Positions 1-10,600 of a DNA stretch of 42,340 nucleotides are shown in pieces. Every line of letters starts with the position of its first letter. The first letter of the stretch is position 1. Made by a program: the position numbers and the translations under genes. The stretch is from positions 1 through 42,340 of the forward strand of contig JANQHR010000035.1 of the NCBI GenBank assembly GCA_028282585.1, given 5' to 3'. Under the pieces are notes generated by a model. It saw nothing but the letters and a program-made list of their open reading frames with translations, was not told the origin of the DNA and ran no database searches. The DNA comes from Bacteroidales bacterium (GTDB lineage: Bacteria > Bacteroidota > Bacteroidia > Bacteroidales > UBA12077).

Positions 1-1073
1 TGAAAGAAGGTGCCATCGATTTCATTCAAAAATCATGGGATGAAAAGAAGATTTTATCTACCATATTATCTGCCTACAATTTAAGATTATCTAAATTAAA
101 AATTAAGAAATTAGAGCAAAAGCAAAAACATTTAAGCGATAAAATTGACAGTAAATTCAGCAATATAATCGGAGAATCAGCATCAATGAAATCAATTCTT
201 AAGTTAGTAGAAAAAGTTGCAGCTACTAATGCAAACGTGCTAATATTAGGAGAGAATGGAACGGGTAAAGAAGTTATAGCGCGTGAAATCCATAGAAAAT
301 CTGAACGATCAGAAGAAGTTTTTGTAAATGTTGACATAGGTTCTCTTCAAGAGAATTTATTCGAAAGCGAATTATTCGGACATGTGAAAGGCTCATTCAC
401 CAATGCAAAGGAAGATAGAGCAGGAAGATTCGAAATTGCTTCGGGTGGAACATTATTTCTCGATGAAATAGGAAATCTGCCTTTGTCTTTACAAGCAAAA
501 CTATTAGCGGCAATTCAAAACAAAGAAATATTTAGAGTGGGCTCAAACGATTCTATTCCTGTTAATATAAGGTTAATTTGTGCCACGAATAAAAACATTA
601 ATGATATGATTATTGAAGGTACATTCCGCGAAGATTTATTATACCGTATTAATACTATAAAAATTGATTTACCAACTTTAAAAGAAAGGGATAATGATAT
701 CCAACTACTTGCAAACTTTTTTCTAAATAAATTTAAAGATAAATACAATAAAACCGGTTTAAAGTTTAATCAGAATACGATTAATAAATTAATGCTACAC
801 TCGTGGCCGGGCAATATCCGAGAACTGCAACATACTGTTGAAAAGGCAGTTATATTATGCGATGGTGATATTATATTAGCATCACATTGTTGGCCCGAAG
901 GTGAAAAGGTTAGTACCGGATATTCACCTAATACTCTCAACCTGGATGAAAATGAAAAAGTTTTAATTGAAAAGGCCATTCAAAAATATAAGGGTAATAT
1001 AAGTTCTGCTTCCAAAGAATTGGGAATAAACAGATCTACACTTTACAAAAAGATTGAAAAATATGGTATCTAA
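1..1073 (+). CDS. Sigma-54-dependent (NtrC/AtoC-like) response regulator, 5'-truncated by the window edge
   Basis: The frame is open from position 3 (KEGAIDFIQKSWD..., end of a receiver domain) into the 186..1073 ORF. It has Walker A GENGTGKE, ESELFGH, a GSFTNA variant of GAFTGA, Walker B LFLDEIG, WPGNIREL and a C-terminal Fis-type HTH. Confidence 0.95.
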   Translation, partial: KEGAIDFIQKSWDEKKILSTILSAYNLRLSKLKIKKLEQKQKHLSDKIDSKFSNIIGESASMKSILKLVEKVAATNANVLILGENGTGKEVIAREIHRKSERSEEVFVNVDIGSLQENLFESELFGHVKGSFTNAKEDRAGRFEIASGGTLFLDEIGNLPLSLQAKLLAAIQNKEIFRVGSNDSIPVNIRLICATNKNINDMIIEGTFREDLLYRINTIKIDLPTLKERDNDIQLLANFFLNKFKDKYNKTGLKFNQNTINKLMLHSWPGNIRELQHTVEKAVILCDGDIILASHCWPEGEKVSTGYSPNTLNLDENEKVLIEKAIQKYKGNISSASKELGINRSTLYKKIEKYGI

Positions 1074-2415
1074 GCGTTACAGGTTAATAATTGTATTTCA
1101 AATATTACTTATTGCAATTACAACATCAGCGTTTTTTTGGACACTGGATCAGGAATATATGCTCATTACCAGTTCTTCGCTTGTGCTGGTATGGATTTTA
1201 CAAATAATTTATTTGATTTGGTATCTGCAAAAAATAAATCGAGATCTTTTGAAGTTTATTACCGCAGTTCGTTATAATGATGTATCAATAAGTTTTGATA
1301 ATAAAAAAAATATTGATCCTTATTTTAAGGAGTTATACAATGAGTTAAACCATATTATTCATGAAATTTCGGAAGTAAGATCTGAAAAAGAAATTGAACA
1401 TCAGTATTTTCATAATACGGTTAAACACGCCGGAACTGGAATAATTGCATATGATGATAACGGTAAAATAGAAATTTGTAATAATGCAGCATTAAGTTTA
1501 TTAAACCTAAGTTCTTTAAAGAATGTTACCGACTTTGATAATGTGAAACAAGGCTTAACACAAAACATAATAAATATAAAACCAGGCACTACAAAACTTA
1601 TTAAATTAATTATTGAGAACGAGATTATTCAGCTTTCGATAAAAGCTGCATACTTCAAAATAAAAGAACGGAACATTAAACTATTATCACTTCAAAATAT
1701 TAAAACCGAAATTGATCAAAGTGAAGTTGATGCTTGGCAAAAATTAATTAGAGTTCTTACACACGAAATAATGAATTCTGTCAGTCCGATAAAGCTTCTT
1801 TCAGGATCTTTAATAGGGATGTTTGAAGAAGATGATAAAATAAAAAAGATAAATGAGATTGATAATTCAACCATTGAAAATTCCTTGCTTGGGCTTAAAA
1901 CAATACGAAAACGGAGTATTGGATTATCCAATTTTGTTGAAACGTATAAAAATCTAACTCAAATTCCCAAACCTAACTTTTCCATTTTTGAACTCTCAAA
2001 GTTAGTTGAACATCTTGATACCTTATTAAAGGAAGATTTAAATAAAAAGAATATCGATCTCCAATTTTCCTGTTCGCCTGATAATCTTAAACTCTATGCA
2101 GATGAAAAACTTATTGAACAAGTATTAATAAATTTAATTAAGAACTCATCCGAAGCATTATTAAATACCAAAAGTCCTTGCCTGGAAATAAAAGGTGAAT
2201 TATTCAATGATAAACCTTTAATAAAGGTAATTGATAACGGAAAAGGAATTACAAAAAATGAAATTGAAAATATCTTTATACCCTTTTTTACAACAAAAGA
2301 AAAAGGCTCTGGTATTGGATTGAGCCTTTCTCGACAAATATTGCATTTACACGGAGGTAATATTTCGGTTAAATCAGAACCAAATATAGAAACTACATTT
2401 ACATTACATTTTTAA
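1063..2415 (+). CDS. Membrane sensor histidine kinase (NtrY-like), partner of the upstream regulator
   Basis: Two N-terminal hydrophobic segments, a PAS-like region, H-box LTHEIMNS, N-box NLIKNS, DNGKG and GSGIGL. The ATG at 1063 overlaps the regulator's 3' end; the ORF track starts at TTG 1054. Confidence 0.93.
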   Translation: MVSKRYRLIIVFQILLIAITTSAFFWTLDQEYMLITSSSLVLVWILQIIYLIWYLQKINRDLLKFITAVRYNDVSISFDNKKNIDPYFKELYNELNHIIHEISEVRSEKEIEHQYFHNTVKHAGTGIIAYDDNGKIEICNNAALSLLNLSSLKNVTDFDNVKQGLTQNIINIKPGTTKLIKLIIENEIIQLSIKAAYFKIKERNIKLLSLQNIKTEIDQSEVDAWQKLIRVLTHEIMNSVSPIKLLSGSLIGMFEEDDKIKKINEIDNSTIENSLLGLKTIRKRSIGLSNFVETYKNLTQIPKPNFSIFELSKLVEHLDTLLKEDLNKKNIDLQFSCSPDNLKLYADEKLIEQVLINLIKNSSEALLNTKSPCLEIKGELFNDKPLIKVIDNGKGITKNEIENIFIPFFTTKEKGSGIGLSLSRQILHLHGGNISVKSEPNIETTFTLHF

Positions 2416-2417
2416 AA

Positions 2418-4766
2418 TTATTCATACCTTAATGATTGTGCCGGATTTACCCTTGCTGCCCTTATTGTTACAGCATAAATTATAGAAAACGCGATGATGA
2501 AGATAAATACAAGTACAAATAAAAAAACGAAGAAGTCACCTGTAGTATTAACGGTTAAAAACTGCTTAACATATCTATTAATGGCAAATCCTATTGGTAA
2601 TGCAATTACATTTGCTATTAAAATTAGTTTTAAGAATTGCCAGCTTGTAATAGAAAGTACTTTCCGAACACTTGCACCCATAGCTTTTCGTATACCAATT
2701 TCTTTTGTTTTTTGTTCAATCATGTAAGCTGACAACCCCAATAAACCCAATACAGCAATAAAAACGCCAAAAACGGTAAAAAATGCCAATTGTTTACTCA
2801 GCCTACCTATTCCTTCTTCAGAAATTGACTTAAAATCTGAATAAAATAAAAATTCATAAGGGTAATTCGGATTATACTTTTCAAAGATATCAGCAATATA
2901 ATCTGCAATACTTGGATATGTTTCGTCCTTGTATTTAATGTATACATGACCATTTTCAGGTTTGTAGGATTTAATTATTAGGTTTCTTCCTCCCACCTCT
3001 ACCGGGAAAAAATTAAAATACTCGACAACACCAATGATTTTATAAGGGTGTTCATACAAATAGAATTGTTTTCCAATTGGGTCCTCAATATTTAGCGCTT
3101 TTACAATTTCTTCATTAATAACTATACTGTTGTCCATATCGCCCGGAAAATCTTTCGAATAAAACCTACCTTCCTTAAGTTTTATATTAAACACATCCAG
3201 AAAGTCATAGCCTGCCCATAAAACTCTTGCTAAGTCTTTATTCTTTTCTGGTGATGTCCCCCACTCAAACTCACCTATTGTTATCCAGGTCGGTTCCTGA
3301 TTTGATGATGATACATACAGAACGTTAGGGTTTTGTAATAACTCATGTTTTATCAGATCATAGTTTTCAGTTATTTCACCCCTTATAGGCACATAAAGAA
3401 TATTATCAGTTTCGATTCCAATCTTATTTTTAAGTATTGCTTGATTTTGCCTGTATGAGTTTAATGTTAGAGTTAAAAACAATATTGACAAGATAAATTG
3501 AAATACAACAAGTATTTTTCTAAACCGTCCTCCGCCACTCTGTAATCTATGTAGCGATAATATTTTAACAGGCTTAAAAGACGATAAATAAATTGCCGGG
3601 TAACTTCCCGATATAAGTCCAGTAACTATTGCTAAAACAATAAATTGGGCCCAAAGTCCATAATCTCCCAAATTTAAAGGCATAGTTTCACCAAACCATC
3701 TTCCAAAAAGCTCTATGATCATTTCGGAGAACACTATTGCAATATTTAGTGAGATTAGTGCGAGAATAACGGATTCACTTAATAACTGTTTTACTATTTG
3801 TTTGCGTTGAGCACCAACTATTTTTCTCACAGCAATTTCTTTGGCCCGTTGAAGAGAAGTTGCGGTTGATAAATTCATAAAGTTAATACATGCCATTATT
3901 AAGATAAAAATTGCTATTGCAGAAAATATTTTAAGGAAAATATGCCCCAAATTTTCTCCAAATAAGTACATTTTACCAACAGGTATCAAATATGGATCAT
4001 AATCTGTATTTCGATCAAATTTAGAATATAGAAACTCTTTCAAAGTGGAATTTAAATTATCCAGACTTGTTCCTTCCTGAATTAAAAGAAAAGTATTGTA
4101 TGTGTTTCCTCCAACGCTTTCAATGTTAAACCCAAGATTCCTTAGAAAATCCATATTAACATAAAAATCAAATGCTAATTGAGTATTCTGTGGAAGTTTT
4201 TCTAATACTCCCGTTACAGTTAAATTATAAGTTCTGTTAATTGAAATTGTTTTACCTATAGGATTATTATCTCCAAAATATTTTTGTGCAAATTGTTCTG
4301 TGAGAACAATAGATTGCGGGCTATTAAGTGCTGTTTTTGCATTACCAAGATTCAAAGGAAAAGAAAACATTTGAAAAAAAGTTGAATCAACTCCCCCACC
4401 TTTGGATTCTATATATTTTTTATCTATACCCCCGGCTTCGTCAAATGTAGTTAATAGTAATTCTCCAATTGCCTTCATTCTAGAGTTCATAATAACTTCC
4501 GGGTAATTACTCTGTATTGCCTCTCCCCATGCACCACCGCATGCATTCGAGCTTATATTTTTATTATCAAATGTAAATTCCATACCAACGGCATAAATAT
4601 TATCGGCATGTTCATGAAATGAATCTATGCTTAACTGATATTTTATACTAATTAACATTACCAGAGCAATGGATAAACCTGTTGATAAACCAAGAATATT
4701 AATAATTGTAAATATCCTTTGCCTCCAAAATCTTCTTAATGCGGTTTTTAAATAGTTTCTAAACAT
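2418..4766 (-). CDS. ABC transporter permease, duplicated MacB-periplasmic/FtsX type
   Basis: N-terminus MFRNYLKTALR, ACINFMNL...RAKEIAVRK and KTKEIGIRKAMGAS motifs, C-terminus NPAQSLRYE. This is the typical Bacteroidota ~800-aa permease. Confidence 0.95.
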   Translation of the reverse strand: MFRNYLKTALRRFWRQRIFTIINILGLSTGLSIALVMLISIKYQLSIDSFHEHADNIYAVGMEFTFDNKNISSNACGGAWGEAIQSNYPEVIMNSRMKAIGELLLTTFDEAGGIDKKYIESKGGGVDSTFFQMFSFPLNLGNAKTALNSPQSIVLTEQFAQKYFGDNNPIGKTISINRTYNLTVTGVLEKLPQNTQLAFDFYVNMDFLRNLGFNIESVGGNTYNTFLLIQEGTSLDNLNSTLKEFLYSKFDRNTDYDPYLIPVGKMYLFGENLGHIFLKIFSAIAIFILIMACINFMNLSTATSLQRAKEIAVRKIVGAQRKQIVKQLLSESVILALISLNIAIVFSEMIIELFGRWFGETMPLNLGDYGLWAQFIVLAIVTGLISGSYPAIYLSSFKPVKILSLHRLQSGGGRFRKILVVFQFILSILFLTLTLNSYRQNQAILKNKIGIETDNILYVPIRGEITENYDLIKHELLQNPNVLYVSSSNQEPTWITIGEFEWGTSPEKNKDLARVLWAGYDFLDVFNIKLKEGRFYSKDFPGDMDNSIVINEEIVKALNIEDPIGKQFYLYEHPYKIIGVVEYFNFFPVEVGGRNLIIKSYKPENGHVYIKYKDETYPSIADYIADIFEKYNPNYPYEFLFYSDFKSISEEGIGRLSKQLAFFTVFGVFIAVLGLLGLSAYMIEQKTKEIGIRKAMGASVRKVLSITSWQFLKLILIANVIALPIGFAINRYVKQFLTVNTTGDFFVFLFVLVFIFIIAFSIIYAVTIRAARVNPAQSLRYE

Positions 4767-4789
4767 AATTGTTTTTTTATCTCAATTAG

Positions 4790-4804
4790 ACACAATTTAT
4801 ACCA
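4790..4804 (-). promoter_or_regulatory. Putative sigma-54 -24/-12 promoter of the ABC permease
   Basis: The minus strand reads TGGTATAAATTGTGT, with GG and G at the spacing of TGGCAC-N5-TTGC. It lies about 24 nt upstream of the permease ATG. The -12 element is imperfect. Confidence 0.55.
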
Positions 4805-4866
4805 AAATTATAATAAACTGACATTGAAACATTTAAATGTTATCGGAATCAATTTTAATCAAAAAA

Positions 4867-4906
4867 CGTCAATATTTTGGACAGTCAATTGCCAAATTAT
4901 TTGACA
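4867..4906. promoter_or_regulatory. Paired enhancer (UAS) boxes for a sigma-54 activator
   Basis: CGTC-N9-GACA (4867-4883) and TGCC-N9-GACA (4890-4906) are two imperfect TGTC-N9-GACA palindromes 23 bp apart, 60-100 bp upstream of the -24 element. Confidence 0.55.
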
Positions 4907-4940
4907 ATTCAATAACTTGCACATTATATACATTAAAAAT

Positions 4941-6314
4941 ATGAAAAAAGCCGAAGGAAACCTTTTAATTGTTGACGACAACCAAGAAGTACTTGATGCT
5001 TTAAGCCTGTTTATAGATGATGAGTTTAATCAGGTTTATTATTTAAAAAATCCGAATCTTATTTCCAGTCATTTAGAAATAAACAATATAGATCTTGTGT
5101 TACTTGATATGAATTATTCTGCTGGTTTAAATACAGGTAATGAAGGATTATTTTGGATGAGAGAAATCTTAAAATTTGATCCATATATTGTAATAATTCC
5201 TATTACGGCTTACGGTGAAATTAAAACTGCGATAAAGGCTTTAAAAGAAGGGGCTTTTGATTTTGTTTTAAAGCCTTGGGATAATGATAAACTTCTATCT
5301 ACCTTAAAAGCTGCCCTTAAACTTAGATTATCAAAAAAAGAATTAAAGGAACTAAAACAAAAAAATGAGATTCTAATAAAAGATTCTCATAACCCATTCT
5401 CCCAAATAATAGGTAATTCAAAAGCTATACAGGAAATACATCAATTAATTCGTAAAATATCAAAAACGGATGCTAATGTTCTGGTCCTTGGAGAAAACGG
5501 GACAGGTAAAGAATTAATTGCCAGAGACATACACAAGAAATCATTTCGAAAGGAAAAGGTGTTTATTCCTGTTGATTTAGGTTCGCTTAGTGAAACATTA
5601 TTTGAAAGCGAATTATTTGGGCACAAAAAGGGGGCGTTTACAGATGCCACAACAGAAAAAACCGGAAGATTTGAAGCAGCAAATGGTGGTACTATATTTC
5701 TTGATGAAATAGGTAATATTCCATTATCGTTGCAGTCAAAATTGTTATCTGTAATACAAAATAAAGAAATTTACAAAGTTGGTTCTTCCAAACCAATTCC
5801 TGCTGATGTAAGAATCATTTGTGCTACAAATAGAAATATTGAAAAACTAATTTCAGAGGGACAATTTAGGGAAGATTTATTTTATAGAATTAACACTTTG
5901 GTTGTTGAACTTCCTCCATTGAGAAATAGGTTAAGTGATATTGAAGCTCTTGCAGAATACTTTATTAAAAAGTATGCATCAGACTATAATAAGGGAAAGA
6001 TAGCTATAAATAAAAAAGCTCTTGAAAAATTAAAAAAACACAATTGGCCGGGGAATATTCGGGAATTTAAACACACTATTGAAAAGTCCATTATTCTTGC
6101 TGAAAATAGTTTGCTTACGGAACAAGATTTTGAATTCAGAAAATCAACCGGTTCTTATGAAATTATGAATAAAGCATTAACGCTTAATGAGATTGAGAGA
6201 AATGCAATAGTCAATGCTCTTAACAAACATAATGGTAATTTATCAGAAGCTGCTAAAGAGCTTGCAATAAGCCGCCAAACTATTTATAATAAAATGAATA
6301 AGTTTGAATTATAA
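4941..6314 (+). CDS. Sigma-54-dependent response regulator (REC-AAA+-HTH)
   Basis: Motifs LIVDD, LLDMNY (phospho-Asp), GENGTGKE, GAFTDA, FLDEIG, WPGNIRE and an HTH. ATG 4941 is preferred over TTG 4917. Confidence 0.95.
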   Translation: MKKAEGNLLIVDDNQEVLDALSLFIDDEFNQVYYLKNPNLISSHLEINNIDLVLLDMNYSAGLNTGNEGLFWMREILKFDPYIVIIPITAYGEIKTAIKALKEGAFDFVLKPWDNDKLLSTLKAALKLRLSKKELKELKQKNEILIKDSHNPFSQIIGNSKAIQEIHQLIRKISKTDANVLVLGENGTGKELIARDIHKKSFRKEKVFIPVDLGSLSETLFESELFGHKKGAFTDATTEKTGRFEAANGGTIFLDEIGNIPLSLQSKLLSVIQNKEIYKVGSSKPIPADVRIICATNRNIEKLISEGQFREDLFYRINTLVVELPPLRNRLSDIEALAEYFIKKYASDYNKGKIAINKKALEKLKKHNWPGNIREFKHTIEKSIILAENSLLTEQDFEFRKSTGSYEIMNKALTLNEIERNAIVNALNKHNGNLSEAAKELAISRQTIYNKMNKFEL

Positions 6315-6326
6315 CAACAAGATAAT

Positions 6327-7679
6327 ATGATTCTTAAAAAACTATACATCCAAATAATTATTAGGGTTTTGCTAATCCTCGTTAACACTTTCTTTGCTGT
6401 TTACCTCTTTTTCATTGGAAAGTTTGTGGTTGCACAAATAAACTTGATCATTCTATTAGCTGGTCAAAGTATTTTATTAATCTATTACTTAAATAGAACA
6501 AACCGTAACCTGGCAAACTTTTTCTTATCGGTTACTAATCAAGATTATACAATTGTTTTTGACAGGGATGAAAATAATAGTTCTTTTAATTCTCTTTATA
6601 AACAGCTTAATAATGTTAATAATATTATAAAGAATGTAAATATTCAAAAAATAGGACACTATGAATATTTAAAACAGGTAGTTGAAAATGTTGGAATTGG
6701 TATTTTATCATTCGATGAAGATCTAAAAGTTCAATTTTTTAATCCGGCTGGGAAAGATATTCTTGGAATAAGTAATTTAAAATCGATTCTGGAATTAGAT
6801 AAAATTCATAAAGGTCTTGCACAACGAATTAAAAACTTAGTTCCAAATCAACAACAGTTGATACATTTAAAAAATAATGGTTATGATTTAGAATTATCAA
6901 TCAAACCGGTAGAGTTTACCATCAGTAATAAGCAAATTAAATTATTAGCATTTCAAGACATTCAATCCGATTTAAATAAAAGAGAAGTCGAATCATGGCA
7001 AAAGGTCATTCGGGTTTTAACACATGAAATTATGAATTCCGTATCACCAATAAGCTCTGCAACAACATCAATAAACAGTTTATTAAAAAAAGATGATTCT
7101 GCATTAAAACCAGGCGAAATAACAGAAAACATTGTCTACAAGACAGTTAAAGGAATCAACATTATCAAGCAACGAAGTGAAGGTATGTTAGAATTTGTTA
7201 AAAAATTTAGAGACTTGACATTATTACCAGAACCTCGAAAGGATAACATTAAAATCTCCGAACTTTATAATACTATTGAAACGTTATTTAAAAAAGAATT
7301 TGAGACAAATAATGTTGATTACGAGTTTGTTTCAAGCCCGGAGCATTTAACGTTATATGCCGATAAATCTCAAATCGAACAAGTGCTTATAAACCTTATT
7401 AAAAACTCTCTTGAAAGTACAAGGGAAAATCCAAGCCCAAATATTAGTATAAATGCCTTTAGGAATAGCGTAAATAAAATTGAGATTTTAGTGAATGATA
7501 CTGGCAAAGGAATTGAAAAAGAATTTATTGATAATATATTTACTCCTTTTTTTACTACAAAAAACAGTGGGTCAGGTATTGGTTTGAGTCTATCTCAACA
7601 AATAATGTATTTACACGGTGGAAATATATCTGTAAATTCAAAACCTAATGAATTAACAACAATTCGGTTAACTTTTTAA
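6327..7679 (+). CDS. Membrane sensor histidine kinase, paralog of 1063..2415
   Basis: Two TM segments, WQKVIRVLTHEIMNSVSPI, NLIKNS, DTGKG, GSGIGL. Confidence 0.93.
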   Translation: MILKKLYIQIIIRVLLILVNTFFAVYLFFIGKFVVAQINLIILLAGQSILLIYYLNRTNRNLANFFLSVTNQDYTIVFDRDENNSSFNSLYKQLNNVNNIIKNVNIQKIGHYEYLKQVVENVGIGILSFDEDLKVQFFNPAGKDILGISNLKSILELDKIHKGLAQRIKNLVPNQQQLIHLKNNGYDLELSIKPVEFTISNKQIKLLAFQDIQSDLNKREVESWQKVIRVLTHEIMNSVSPISSATTSINSLLKKDDSALKPGEITENIVYKTVKGINIIKQRSEGMLEFVKKFRDLTLLPEPRKDNIKISELYNTIETLFKKEFETNNVDYEFVSSPEHLTLYADKSQIEQVLINLIKNSLESTRENPSPNISINAFRNSVNKIEILVNDTGKGIEKEFIDNIFTPFFTTKNSGSGIGLSLSQQIMYLHGGNISVNSKPNELTTIRLTF

Positions 7680-7680
7680 A

Positions 7681-10600
7681 TTAACTTTTAAGTGTAAAAT
7701 AAAAGCTACTTCCTTTCCCCTCCTGGCTCTCAACCCAAATTCTCTCACCTGTTTTTTCAATAATCTCTTTACACAAAATTAAACCTAATCCTGTACCTTT
7801 TTCTCTATTTGTACCAAGCGTGGAATAATCCTCATCCATATTAAAAATCCTATCAACTTTATCAGATGGAATTCCAACTCCTTTATCTTCAATAGAAACA
7901 ACAACATGTTCTTTTTGAACACTTTTAATTTCTTTACAATTTACCGTAATTTTACCTTTTTCAAATGAAAATTTTATAGCGTTTCCAATAAGATTTCTAA
8001 ATAAGGTTTGAACTACGTTTAAATCTGCTTTAACAACTATTTCATCCGCGATATTATTTTCTAATATAATATTTTTGGATTTTAGATTTTCCTCCAAAAG
8101 GTATAATACATCATCAAGTACCTTTTTTAAAGGTAAATCTGTTGGTTCAATTTCTAATCTACCAAGTTGACTCCTAGACCACATTAGTAAATTTTCCAGT
8201 AATTTGAAGGTTCTGTCAGAAAGTGTATATAAGTTATCAAAAAAATCATTCGCTTGCTTAACAGTTAACCCTTCATAATTAAGTTTTAAGAGCTCGGAAA
8301 TTTGTAAAAAATTACCAATAGGGCTTCTCAAGTCATGAGCCAACAATGAAAAAAACTTATCCTTTTGCGCATTTAACCTTCTCAGTTCCTTTTCTGATTC
8401 AATCAATTTTTCTTCTACCTTCTTTTTATCAGTAATATCGAGAATAACACCATTCAGTAGTTTCTTTTTTCCTTTTTTTAATAATTGACCGCGCTCATAT
8501 ACCCAAATTATTTCTTTTCGAGAATCTACTAAACGATATTCCACAGAATAGGATTGTTTTTTACAAATACTATCATTTATAGTTTGATAAACTCTATCTC
8601 TATCCTCTGCATGAATTATGCTTGTAAAAGAACGGGTGTTATTCAAAATAAAATCAGAAGCTTTATAACCAGTTATTACTTCAACCTCATTACTAATGTA
8701 TTCCATGGTCCATTCCTTATCAATTCTATACCTAAAAACTATACCCGGAATATTCTTAACTAAGTTCTCATATTTTGTTTTACTAAATGATAATTCTTTA
8801 TTTAAAATATCAATTTCTATTAGCCTTGCTTCCAAATCGTCATTAACAGCATGTAATTCCTCGTTTATAGACTTTATCTCTTCATTATTAATTTTTATTT
8901 CCTCCAATTGATCCTGAATAATTTTTTCAGCTTTCTTTCGTGAGGTAATATCGTGAGCAATGCCTTCAATAAATAATACATTACCTAAAGAATCAACAAT
9001 TGGTGCTTCGGAAATTTCCAAAATATGTTTATTCTTCTGAATATCATAAATTTCCAGTTCATAGGGAAGTTGTTGAATTCCTTGTAAACCGAGTTCTCTT
9101 TTTTCCTTTGCAGTATTATTAATTGGATTCTTAGTAAAATACTCATAATAATTCTTAGAAAAGTCTTCTTGCTCAAATCCCAATATATTTGTTACAGAAG
9201 GACTTACATACTCAAAATTTCCATCAGGATTGTGCCTAAAAAAAATATACTCCTGTCTTAAATTTTCAATTAAACCACGATATTTTTGCTCACTTTGTTT
9301 TAAGGCGTCCTGTACTTCAATTTGCTTTGTAATTTCTGAACATACAACCAATGATGCCGTTTTTCCTTCGAATTCTATAACTGATATAGCAATATCCACC
9401 CATTTAACCTTATTGTCTTTTGTTAATACTTTTAAGTTATACCTGGTTATAACATCTTCATTATTTAATCTGGCATCCGATCTTTCTCTTGATATTTTCC
9501 TCATATCCGGATGAATAATATCCAAAGGTCCTATATTCGAAAGTTCACTTTGCGAATATCCTGTAATTTCAGACCAAGCAGGATTAGTCCATAGAAACTT
9601 ATCTGTTGTTTGAATACAAATTGCCGTAGGTGATAATTCTGTTAATTTTCTAAATTTTTCTTCACTTAATTTTAAAGACTCCTGAATTTTACGTACCTCA
9701 GTTATATCATTACAAATAGCAAAGGAAGCATCTTTATTTTTGTATTTTATTGTGGTAATTGAAATATCAAGCCATTTTATTTCTTGATCCTTTGTAATAA
9801 TCTTAAGATCATATCTTAAATTAGCGCCTTTTTTCTTTAGTTTTTGTTCTGATAAATTCCAAACATATTCTCTCATATCAGGATGAATAATATCAAAAGG
9901 ACCAACAGTTTTACTCTCTTTTACTGAATAACCTGTAATTTTACACCATGCTTTATTTACGTATATGTATTCATTTTTACGTTGAATTGATATACCAGAT
10001 GGAGATAATTCAGTTAACTTTCTAAACTTCTCCTCGCTATTTTTTAGTTTTTCCTGCGCTTTCCTTCGCTCAGTAATATCATGCATTAGTGCTAAAGTAG
10101 CAAAGTACCCTTCGTAATTTATTATTGTAAACGAAATATCAATCCATTTTTCTTTACCCTTTTTTGTAATAATTTTTATATTATAACGAGATGGGACATC
10201 TTCTCCTCTAAACCTTGCTTCCGACCTGGTTCTTACTAAATCACGCATTTGGGGATCAACAATATCTAATGGCTTTAACTTCTTCGATTCTTCTTCCGAA
10301 TATTCCGTTAACTCGCACCATGCTTTGTTTACATAAAAGTAATTATCGATTGTAAGTATGCAAATACCAGCCGGCGATAAATCAGATAAAGCACGAAATT
10401 TCTCTTCGCTTTTCTTTAATTTAATTTCATTATTTTTCCGTTCCGATATATCTCTTATAACGCTTTGAATTACAGTTTCACTTTTCAAGCTTAACGGAGA
10501 TAGAAGAACCTCACAAGGAAAAACATCTCCATTTTTTTTTCTGTGCGTCCATTCAAAAAGAGGTGTTTTTTTTGAGTAAGCCTCTTTAATTATGTTTTTT

